From Octopus vulgaris (lineage: Eukaryota): a stretch of 64,000 nt of DNA. This document shows, one piece after another, positions 14,858 to 25,262 of the stretch (position 1 is its first letter; each line of letters begins with the position of its first letter). The position numbers were made by a program, and so were the translations under genes. The DNA lies in assembly GCA_951406725.2 (NCBI GenBank), contig OX597836.1, positions 5,952,001 through 6,016,000 on the forward strand. Direction: 5' to 3'. The notes under the pieces were generated by a model that was not told where the DNA came from, made no database searches, and saw nothing but the letters and a program-made list of their open reading frames with translations.

Positions 14858-14911
<54 letters not shown>

Positions 14912-14927
14912 CATCATCATCATCACC

Positions 14928-14959
<32 letters not shown>

Positions 14960-14966
14960 CATCACT

Positions 14967-15006
<40 letters not shown>

Positions 15007-15029
15007 CTATCATCATCATCATCATCACT

Positions 15030-15060
<31 letters not shown>

Positions 15061-15286
15061 CCATCATCATCATCACCATCATCATCATCACCATCATCAC
15101 CATCATCATTATCATTATCATCATCATCATCATCACGATTATTATTATTATTATCATTACTTATTATAATTATTATTATCATCATCATCACGATTATTAT
15201 TATTATTATTATTATCATTACTTATTATTATTTGTATTATTATTATTGTTATTGTTATTATTATCATTAATATTATTATTATTATT

Positions 15287-15363
<77 letters not shown>

Positions 15364-15366
15364 TAC

Positions 15367-15410
<44 letters not shown>
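14858..15410. repeat. (CAT)n/(TAT)n microsatellite block
   Basis: Direct inspection. Confidence 0.95.
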
Positions 15411-15412
<2 letters not shown>

Positions 15413-15862
15413 CCTAATACCTTGCCTTCGTTTTCTGTTTCTCTTCGTTCATTGTCCTCGTCGTTAACAAACAAATGCGAAGAGATTTGACAAAACGAAA
15501 CAAAGACAAAAACAACAACAAAAAAACAAGAAAGAAAGAAGGAAAAGAAAGCAGGGAAAGACGCCTATTATTTTAAGACGTTCACAGATTAAACAAATAA
15601 TCAGACATGTTTAGAACACCGCTGACACGCCTCGCGGAGCTTCCTTCTTAATTACATAAGCCGACAAAGAGGTGAAGATTCCGAGAAGCCGGAGCAATTG
15701 GAATCGTACCACCTTCGCTAGGAAACCTTTTGAAGACATATAAATACATAATCGTATTCGTATCCATTCTGCTGTTAGTGTTTCGTTTTGGTTTTATATT
15801 TTTGGATGATTTTGGTTTTTGTTTTTTGTGGGTTTTTTTTGCTTTTTGTTTTCGCATAGTTT

Positions 15863-16362
15863 GGCATCGGTGTAGTTTTTTTGGTAAGAAACTTGCTTCC
15901 TAACCAGATGGATCTGGGTTCAGTCCCATTGCGTGGCAGCTTGGTCAAGTGTCTTCTACTATAATAGCCTCGGGCCGACAAAAGCCTTGTGAATGGATGT
16001 TATAAACGGAAACTGAAAGAAGCCTGTCGTATCTGTATATGTGTGTGTGTGTGTGTGTGTCTTTGTGTCTCTGTTAGTTCTTAACTCACCCGCTTGACAA
16101 CGAGTGTTGGTGTGTTTACGTCCCCGTAACATAGCCTATGTGTTTGTGTCTCTGTTTCGTCACTCACCCGCTTGACAGCCGGTGTTGTTATATTTACCTT
16201 CCCGTAACTTAGCGGTTCGGAAAAAGAGTCCGTTGCAATAAATACCAGGCTTTATAACAATTAAGTACAGCGGTCGATTTATTCGACTAAAAATTCTTCA
16301 AGGCGGTGCCCCAGCATGGCCTCAATGTAACGACTGCAACAACTAAACGACAATAAAGTATA
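15863..16362 (+). mobile_element. SINE family B with internal duplication of about 80 bp
   Basis: Family B head and body; ctcacccgcttgaca...cccgtaac.tagc occurs twice (about 16064-16135 and 16146-16214). Confidence 0.85.
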
Positions 16363-16534
16363 AATATAACTTATATATATGTTTGTATGGTGATTTGTAC
16401 CATCTCACTACTACTTGTGGAATTCGATCTCTAGCTCTTTGAATTTAATAGTGGGACCTCCTCCAAATATTCTTTTCAACTCTACGCACAAGGCCTGGGA
16501 TTTTGGGGGAGGTAGCTGTCGATTTCATCCGTTT

Positions 16535-16905
16535 TTACTTTCTGAGTCCAAATTCGTCCAAGGTCGGCATTGCCTTCCATCCTTTTTGGGATCAATAAAA
16601 TTAATATCAGTTGCACCCTGAGGTCGATATAATTGACTCAGCCCGTCCCTAAAACTGCTGGCCTTGTGCCAAAATTTGAAACCAAATTGTAAACATGTCT
16701 TAAAGACATTTGTTGTTAGGTTGTTTGTAAACATTAATCGACATTGCCTTCCATCTTTTTAGGGATCGATAAAATAAATAGTTGAACTCTAGGGTCGATG
16801 TAATCGTCTTAGCCCGTCCCTAAAACTGCTGGCCTTGTGCCAAAATTTGAAACCAAATTCTAAACATGACTTAAAGACATTTGTTGTTAGGTTGTTTGTA
16901 AACAT
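16535..16905 (+). mobile_element. SINE family A 3' part plus flank, tandemly duplicated (period about 171-174 bp)
   Basis: 16568-16734 repeats at 16742-16905. Confidence 0.85.
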
Positions 16906-17424
16906 CAACCGCCAACAACCGGTTACTGTCATCGAACACACATTATGAAACATAAGCTTCCACAATCAATTTCTTTTTAGCAAATCAATAGTTAATTTTA
17001 TGCTAGAGTGCGTTAATTTTTTACTCAAACTCAGAGAAAAAAAAATATTATGTAAAGTGTGCAATTAACCGATCAATTTTACATATAATTGATGTTAAAG
17101 GAAATGGTCTTTTTTGTGTAATTAAACGAATTATGCAATTATCCGGTATAAAAATAATCGTCATCGGCTTTATATAAAAAAAATATATAGAAACCTCTCA
17201 GTTCTTCTAGTCCCTTCTTCTACTCAGCCAATCAAAGGATTAAGTTTTTCCTTGTCTCACGCAAGCTCTGTTTTCCTTTTCATGTATGGCCATAGTTAAA
17301 ATTTTAGTGTTTATTGTTGTAGTATATTTTCTCTATTTTCTGAATTTCTATACAAGCTATCATATAACGAAAGATACACGAAATCGATCGCCGAACGCCA
17401 CAGAATATATTTTGTCGGACTAAC

Positions 17425-17710
17425 GATTATGTAAATCGTTTACAATGGGCGGATAAGTGCCTGCAACTTGTTTGTTATTATCACAACGTTTCCGCTGATG
17501 TACTCTCCAGCCTTCATCAGGTGTTCTGGTGGAGGTTTGAACCCAACCCTTTATTTGACTAATGGGGACACACTGTTCTCATTCCTAAGCTATGTTGCTT
17601 ATGTTATTTTACTGTTGATATTATTTTTTCAAGTCTCTGCCTGGGATTGAACTCAGACTCTGAGGGTTAGTAGCCCGCAATCTTATCCACTACGCTATAT
17701 GCCCGTGGGC
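17425..17710 (-). mobile_element. tRNA-headed element carrying a hammerhead ribozyme motif (SINE/retrozyme-like)
   Basis: Minus strand: A box TAGCGTAGTGG, anticodon-like arm gggctactaaccc, B box GAGTTCAATCCC (17631-17710), A-rich linker with no T4 run, then HHR motif at 17482-17523. Confidence 0.75.
17482..17523 (-). ncRNA. Minimal type-I hammerhead ribozyme motif
   Basis: cac-CTGATGA-A-GGCTG-gagagtacat-CAGCG-GAAA-C-GTT-gtg; canonical core, palindromic AACGTT helix III, one mismatch at the base of stem II. Confidence 0.7.
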
Positions 17711-17753
17711 TCCATTAGTGAAATAAAAGTTTGGGTTCGAAATTACACTAGAA

Positions 17754-17795
17754 CACCTGATGAAGGCTGGAGTGTACGCCAGCCGAAATGTTGTG
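17754..17795 (+). ncRNA. Minimal type-I hammerhead ribozyme motif
   Basis: cac-CTGATGA-A-GGCTGG-agtgtacg-CCAGCC-GAAA-T-GTT-gtg; perfect 6-bp stem II. Confidence 0.72.
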
Positions 17796-17834
17796 ATAAC
17801 AAACAAACGAGATGAGGACAAATATCCGTCCATT

Positions 17835-18267
17835 CTTTTACTCTTTTATTTGTTCCAGTCATGTGACTGTAGCCATGCCGGAGCACCGCCTTTAGTCGAG
17901 CAAATCGACGCTGGACCTTATTCTTTGTAAGCTTAGTACTTATTCTATCAGTGTCTCTTGCCGAACCGATAGGTTACGGGGACGTAAACGCACCAGCATC
18001 GGTTGTCAAGTGATGTTGGGGGCACAAACACAGACACACAAACACACACACACACACACACACACATACACACATACACACACATACATATATATATATA
18101 TATACAACGGGCCTCTTTCAGTCTCCGTCCAACAAATCCACTCACAAGGCTTTGGTCGGCCCGAGCTTATAGTAGAAGACACTTGCCCAAGGTGCCACGC
18201 AGTGGGACTGAACCTGGAAACATGTAGTTGGTAAGCAAGCTACTTACCACACAACCACTCTTACGCT
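17835..18267 (-). mobile_element. SINE family B, full length
   Basis: Reverse complement of the family B consensus from head (gcgtaagagtggttgtgtggtaagtagc) to tail (taaaagagtaaaag). Confidence 0.9.
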
Positions 18268-19608
18268 ATTGTAAATAATTTACATAATTCTTCATCTCAA
18301 AAATATAGAACAGTATTAACGATTATGGTGAACATAATTTGTCCACTCGTAGACTTATCACCGTTTTTTTTTTATTGCAAGTGGCTGGACATCTCATTTT
18401 AGAATCGTGTCAGACTCTGAGTAACAATATGCGAAGTGCTTTTTTCTTTTCGGTTTTAATAAAATCGCATTTTACTCTACCTTTGGTATTCGAGTACTAT
18501 TTTACCCACTGTTTCTCACCATCGTCTGTGAACAAATATGCTTTGGCAACGCACGATACTTTCGCTAAATATTTCAGGTGCTTATGTAATCGTGAACAAA
18601 TATAGACATCCTCTGTATTTATCTAATCTGTGGCACAGCGCCACCTGTCGGAGTCAACGTGAAATGAACTGTTTGATCAACATCATCACCATCGTCGTCA
18701 TCATTATCATTATTATCATCATCATCGGCATCATCATCAACATCATCTTCATAATCACCACCATCACTACATCATCATCATCATCATAATAATAATAATA
18801 ATCACCATCATCGTCGTTGTCATCATCATATTTTTTTCTTTTTCATTTCTCCTTCTCTTCCCCCTCCTTCCTTTATTATCTTCTTTCTTTTTCTTTCTCT
18901 TCTTTTTCTTCCTGCTTATACAGGTCTCCATTGCCACCTTCAGTGTCCAAACCCACGGCAACCTCATTTCCGCTGAATCCCCTTCATCGCCACCTCCCAC
19001 CACTTCTCTTTCTCTTTTGCATTCCACTTTCAACCAACCTTCACTACAACTCTCCCTCCCTCATTCCCTCTCTCCCTGACTTCCTCTTCCAAAGACTTTT
19101 TAATCTCTCCCTCACTTTCTCAAACTTTCTCCCCCCCTTCTCTCTCTCTCTCCCTTTCTCTCTCTCTTCCTCTCACCAAGACTGATCTACCACCACAATC
19201 ATCCCGTTCATAAGACGATTTTTAAACTATTTAAGTATTTCCTTTCAGATCAAATAGAGTTATAGAATTTCGTTACCCCAGCCCACCGCCCGCAAATTTT
19301 GATGTTATTTCTGGGAGATTTTGTGGAGTTTTTTTTTTCGAAATAAATTTACAAAACTTTCACCATCGTGTGGAGAAAAAATATGTTTAAATATATCAAT
19401 AAAGATCAAATGTAAATAATACAAATTACGATATATTAAATTTTACTTCCCTGTAATATATTGTAAATATAAATATAACTATATACTAGACGAGACACAC
19501 AGAGGGTACGATACCGCAGAATAAAAACTGAGTATATGTAACTAAATGTACTTTTTTGTGTGTATGCCATATATATATATATATACAGACACACAAGCAT
19601 ACATACAT

Positions 19609-19670
<62 letters not shown>

Positions 19671-20281
19671 TACAAAAGTGAGAGAGAGTCCGTGTGAGTT
19701 GTGTGTCTGCGTGTGTGTGTATGTGGTTGAAAAAGAGAAGTAGTAAAAAATATTAGATGAAAATCGACAAAAATTTACTAACTGTCAAAATAATATCATA
19801 AGTTTAAGTGCAAACTTAAACACACGTACACACACATAAACACACACATTCACACACACACACACACACAATGTTATGTTTTTGTTTGTTTTTTGTTGTA
19901 GATTTTTCTTTTTGTTGTTCTTGTTGCTGCGATGACACTATGTTCTTCATTCCATTTCCTATTATATTCCAAATCTTCCATATTATCGTTTTCTTCTTAT
20001 ATCGTGTTGTTTATCAATTTTCCAGTATTTCTTTGAAATACCTAACACTTACACAAACACTTCACATCTTTACACACGCACACACATTTACATATATACA
20101 TACACGTCTCCGCACGCATACACGAGCTCTTTCGCAGACATGCGCATGGGAAAATGATAGCTGACCTCATAAATTCTGATATGGCGTACGTTAAAGGAAG
20201 GAAAACTGTTGGAATTAAATCTAAGTTACGGTTTCTATTCTGAAGGTAGGCAGCGAAAGAACGAAAACACACGCACGCACG

Positions 20282-20326
<45 letters not shown>

Positions 20327-20352
20327 GCACACATACATACATATATATATAG

Positions 20353-20562
20353 ATGTGACCTCGTCTGTATCACTAGCGATTTTTTCCCCTGTCTTTCCTT
20401 CTCGGGATCTTTCCTTCTCCTATGTTTCCGACGAAGAGCTCCGCTCGAAACGTCAAACCCTCCTTCTTCCCTTCTTTCCTGAGCGTCCAATAATACTTTA
20501 TTTGTTCCACGTCCTTGCGTTGTTGTTTTTTTATTTTTGTTTTCTTGTTTGGATTAACTTTA
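20353..20562 (+). mobile_element. HHR-bearing short element, diverged relative of family D
   Basis: Shares agagc..gctcgaaacgt and downstream ttcctgagcgt..taatac with family D; lies between (TA)n and (TAGA)n. Confidence 0.65.
20424..20458 (+). ncRNA. Minimal type-I hammerhead motif with GUC site
   Basis: gttt-CCGACGA-A-GAGC-tcc-GCTC-GAAA-C-GTC-aaac; stem I gttt/aaac; U4C core variant. Confidence 0.65.
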
Positions 20563-20565
20563 TAT

Positions 20566-20656
<91 letters not shown>

Positions 20657-20963
20657 TACACTATCATACAGACAATTGATAAAAACTTGCTATGTTCAGT
20701 ATAAAAATGGGCGTTGTGGTCCTGAGATGTCTTCGAACTTTAACTCCGAATTCTTCGTCTAGGTCTACGCCTACGGTGTCAAAAGTGGAAATTCGAAGCA
20801 AGCAGATATGGAAGTAGTGATGCAGATAAACACAATTTGGCCTGACATCTATATAGACACACATAGAGACCTATACAAATATATATATACACAAAACTAA
20901 AACGTATAAAACTAATTTATACGTATACATATATACAAATATATTTGCATCGAGCTTAAAAAC

Positions 20964-22190
20964 TGTTGGGTTGGCAAGAAAGTAGTTTCGTCTTTCGCAA
21001 ATCGACAGAGTTACGATTTTTTTGAATGACTTTTGTCAATGTTATAATTTTTTTTTTTCCTTTTGACATTTGATAGCCGTTATTTTTAGCTTACTTTAGA
21101 AGCAAATTGCGCGTAAATAATTGGAGTCCAAAAACGAACATTTTCGCCATATTTTAATTTTTTTTATTTCGGTAAAAAGGAAGAAAGCTGCTGAGGCTCA
21201 CAAAGAGATATATGAAGTGGATGGTGATGATTGCTTAACAGAATGCACACGTCAGAAATAACTTTAAAAATTCCATTCTGGACATTTTTCACTCAAAGAT
21301 GATCAATGTTCAGGTCGACCTATTGAGGTTGATGAGGACCGAATCAAAGCCATAATTGAATCTGATTTTCATATAACCGTGCGAGAGAATGCAGAGAGGT
21401 TAAACGTATCACACACAACAATTGAAAATCACTCGAAAATCACTCGAAATGTCTTGGACTTGTTAAGAAGATCGATATTCGGGATCTACCTAAAAAGAGG
21501 TTCACTTAAAACAACGAATCGATATTTGCGATAGGCATCTCAACGCAATGAAATCGACCTTTTTTTTAAACAAATCATTATTGATGATGGAAAATGAATT
21601 TTCTACAATAACATCAATCGAAAACGATCATGGTCCCAAGCGTAATGAACCAACACAAACCACATTGAAAGCTGGTTTGCATCGAAACAGGTCATGTTGT
21701 CAATTTGATGGAATTACAAAGGTTTTGTGTATTCTGAGCTGCTTCCAAGGAACGAAACGGTGAATTCAGAAGTTTGCTGTCAACAACTAATGAAACTGGA
21801 GGAAGCAATCAAACAAAATGAGCCAGAATTGGCAAATCGTAAAGGAATAGTGTTCCACAATGACAACGCTAGAGCACACAGGTTTTTGCTAACAGGTGAA
21901 AAATTATTGGAGATTGGTTCGGAAGTGATGTCAGATCTACCATATAGTATGACCTTACGCCATCATATCAGATTACCATTTATTTCAAAGTTTGCAAAAT
22001 TCTTTGAATGGTAAAACTTTCAACCAGAAATCACACATGCTCCAGTTTTGGGCTGATAAGAACCAGAGGTTCTCTGAGCGCAGAATCATGAAGTTGTCAG
22101 AAAGATGGCAAAAGGTCATCGGACAATATGGAAAATAAATAATTGATTAAAGCTCATTCATTATATGAAAAATAACACTTTTATTTCACC
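20964..22190 (+). mobile_element. Mariner DNA transposon, decayed; right TIR lost
   Basis: Left TIR-like ttgggttggcaagaaagtagtttcg followed by transposase remnants; 3' end runs into a SINE C2 fragment. Confidence 0.9.
21121..22150 (+). pseudogene. Mariner transposase pseudogene (frameshifts and stops)
   Basis: Translates in pieces to EHFRHIL..KAAEAHKEIYEV.G..LKDDQCSGRPIEVDEDRIKAII (HTH region), RKRSWS, ELLPRNETVNSE..CQQL, RKGIVFHNDNARAH (HDNARPH motif), LPYS..PSDYHLF (YSPDLAPSDY motif). Confidence 0.92.
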
Positions 22191-22191
22191 C

Positions 22192-22358
22192 AGCTGTACT
22201 CTTTCGCCACAACTCTCTCTCACTCTTTCTTCTGTTGGCCTCCTCGCTTAGCCAGCCGGGTGGCGTCATTTGAAAGTTAAAACAATGCGAAACGCATTGT
22301 GACCAGCGATGTGTAGCAACATCTGATAGCCTGGTCGGTCACGATGATCACGGTGATA
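22192..22358 (+). mobile_element. SINE family C2 3' fragment
   Basis: gctgtactctttcgccac...gtgaccagcgatgtgtagcaacatctgatagcctggtcggtcacg, matching 10741-11003(-). Confidence 0.85.
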
Positions 22359-22380
22359 TACGCATAGACATGCGAGCATA

Positions 22381-22587
22381 AGCTGAAAAGTCCCTAGCTT
22401 TGGGTAAAAGGAAATACAGGAGGATCAGTTAATTATGATTTTATTGGACATATTACCCTCTCGCATTCACACACTTATTGCAACGGCCATCCAGCTTTTT
22501 CTAAGCGCTGGTAAAGAACTCTGCAGGTTGGGCCTCCAGCCAGGCCTTTCGCGGTACTCTTAAAACTAGGAACTTTTCACTGTCCCA
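22381..22587 (-). mobile_element. Mariner-derived MITE
   Basis: TIR pair tgaaaagtccctagcttt / aaaactaggaacttttca; homologous to 30805-31005. Confidence 0.75.
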
Positions 22588-22685
22588 TCTTATGTTTATG
22601 GGCGGTTGTAGGTTTGTACATATGTTTGAATTCATGCATAACTAAATATCTATCTATATTACTCTGGTGGTTTAAATATATATGC

Positions 22686-22734
<49 letters not shown>

Positions 22735-22810
22735 CATGTTTATGTGTGTGCTTAAAGCTGCACATACACAGATGTCTATATTTACCTTATGTGCACGTAT
22801 GCGCTCATTT

Positions 22811-22855
<45 letters not shown>

Positions 22856-22928
22856 CATGTTTGTGCGTGTGCATAGAGGTGCACGTACAGAGTGGTCTGT
22901 ATTTACCTTAAGTGCTTGTATGCGCTCG

Positions 22929-22974
<46 letters not shown>

Positions 22975-23096
22975 ATTTTCAAGTGTTGCGATGTTGCCCC
23001 CTAACTTTATGATGGTTTCGTAAGAAAATCTACGGTACGCTTTACCGTACGTACATATCGCGCATTTTCAACGCATCGGATTCCAAACACGCTTGT

Positions 23097-23163
23097 ACAT
23101 ACATACATACATACATACATACATACATACATACATACATACATACGCACATACATACATACA

Positions 23164-23197
<34 letters not shown>

Positions 23198-23287
23198 CAT
23201 ACACACATACACACATACATACATACACACATATATACATACATACATACATACATACATACATACATACACACATACATACATACA

Positions 23288-23316
<29 letters not shown>
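23097..23316. repeat. (TACA)n microsatellite
   Basis: Direct inspection. Confidence 0.95.
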
Positions 23317-23320
<4 letters not shown>

Positions 23321-23420
23321 GTGTGTGTATTTGAGTGTGTACATGTGTTATTTTATCTATGTGTTTATATGTATGAACGTATATGAACATTTATGTGTAT
23401 GACTATATGTGTATATATGT

Positions 23421-23800
23421 GGAGGCGCAATGGCCCAGTGGTTAGGGCAGCGGGCTCGCGGTCATAGGATCGCAGTTTCGATTCCCAGACTGGGCGTTGT
23501 GAGTGTTTATTGAACGAAAACACCTAAAAGCTCCACGAGGCTCTGGCAGGGGATGGTGGTGATCCCTGCTGTACTCTTTCACCACAACTTTCTCTCACTC
23601 TTACTTCCTGTTTCTGTTGTACCTGTATTTCAAAGGACCGGCCTTGTCACTCTCTGTGTCACGCTGAATATCCCCGAGAACTACGTTAAGGGTTACACGT
23701 GTCTGTGGGGTGCTCAGCCACTTACACGTTAATTTCACGAGCAGGCTGTTCCGTTGATTCGGATCAACCGGAACCCTCGTCGTCGTAACCGACGGAGTGC
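23421..23800 (+). mobile_element. SINE family C1, full length (about 380 bp, possibly octopus OR1)
   Basis: tRNA-like head with A box TGGCCCAGTGG and B box GTTTCGATTCC; 5' about 180 nt shared with C2, unique tail ending gtaaccgacggagtgc. Confidence 0.85.
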
Positions 23801-23869
23801 TTCCTTCCATGTGTATATATGCACACGTGTGCGTGAGCCGATGAATTCTTGTGTGCGTTTGTGCATATA

Positions 23870-24560
23870 TCTGTACATATGTAGAATTATGTGTGTGTAT
23901 GCATATGTAGACTTATGTGTGTATGTGTATATATGCATATTTGGACTTGTGTGTATGTGTGTGTATGCGTCTGTAGACTTGTGTGTGTGTATATGCCTCT
24001 ATGGATATGTAGACGTGTATGTGTGTACGTATGCGTATGTATGCACATGAAGAGTTGTGTGTGTGCATCTGCATACATATAAAGACTAGTGTGTGTATGC
24101 GTATGTAAACTTGTGTGTGTATGCCTATGTATGCATATGTAGACTTCTTTGTGCGTGTATGCATATGTATGCATATGTACACTTATGTGTGTGTGTATGC
24201 GCATGTCTGCATATGTAGGCTTGTGTGTGTGTATGTGTATGTATGCATATGTAGACTTGTGTATGTATGCCTATGTATGCCTATGTAGACCTGCGTGTGT
24301 GTGTGTATGCGTATGTAGATTTGTGTGTATGCGTATGTATGCTTATGTAGACTTGTGTGTGTATATGTGCATGTATGCATATGTAGACATATGTGTATGC
24401 GTATGTAGACTTCCGTGTGTGTGTATGCATATGTAGGCTTGTGTGTGTGTATGTGTATGTATGCATATGTAGACTTGTGTATGTATGCCTATGTATGCAT
24501 ATGTAGACTTCTGTGTGCGTGCATGCGTCTGTATGCATATGTAGACGTGTGTGTGTGTGT
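23870..24560. repeat. Degenerate minisatellite, core ATGCATATGTAGACTT(GT)n
   Basis: Core recurs roughly 20 times with variable spacers. Confidence 0.85.
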
Positions 24561-25207
24561 GTGTATGCGTATATACGTATATGTTTGCGTGTGTATGTGT
24601 AAATCTGTATATGTGTATACACGTGTGTGAGCTAATGAACTCACGTATCTGCGTACGTGTATTTTTCTTTCCCGCCTCTATATGCGTATGTATATCACTG
24701 TATATCCGCATATATGCACGTATATATCTGCCTACGTGTGTGTGTGTGTGTCTGCGTATCTGCGCATGTATGAGATTAATGCGACTATGAGCCAGTGAAT
24801 GTGTGCCATGGAATGTGTGCGGGCGTGAAATCTGTGCAGTGTTATGAAGAATATCTGCTCAGAAGATTGACATTAAATAGTGTTAGAAACCAGCCTGGCG
24901 CCAAACAATACTTGTTATGAATCTTTGGTGATTCCATTGGCGTTCACCACAGTCTTACACGCTCTTCTTATGTTTGTTTTTTCATTGCGTTTATGCTGTG
25001 TTTTTCACTGAATTTCCATTGCTGTATTTTTTCGTTCTTTTTCTCTTTCGTTTTTTTTTTTTTTTGTTTTCGTTTCTTTCTTTGTTTTGTACGTTGGAAT
25101 TGTTTTGTTAAATGTATTGCTTGTAATTATTACAAATTTCAAAAAACAATTATCCATTCTAGTTATTAATGGTTTTTTCCTGTTTTTTTTTTCACCATTT
25201 CGATATA

Positions 25208-25262
<55 letters not shown>

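Larger units (their letters stand above)
17712..18315 (+). mobile_element. Inverted partial copy (3' half) of the tRNA-HHR element, split by a family B SINE
   Basis: 17712-17834 (ccattagtgaaataaa..ttgggttcga..agaacacctgatgaagg...tatccgtccatt) mirrors the minus copy and resumes at about 18268 (attgtaaataatttacataat). Confidence 0.75.

Noticed and set aside
23421-23497. Bona fide tRNA gene (also 17631-17710)
   Set aside because: A and B boxes are present, but the acceptor stem is not properly paired and the sequence continues into a repeat body.
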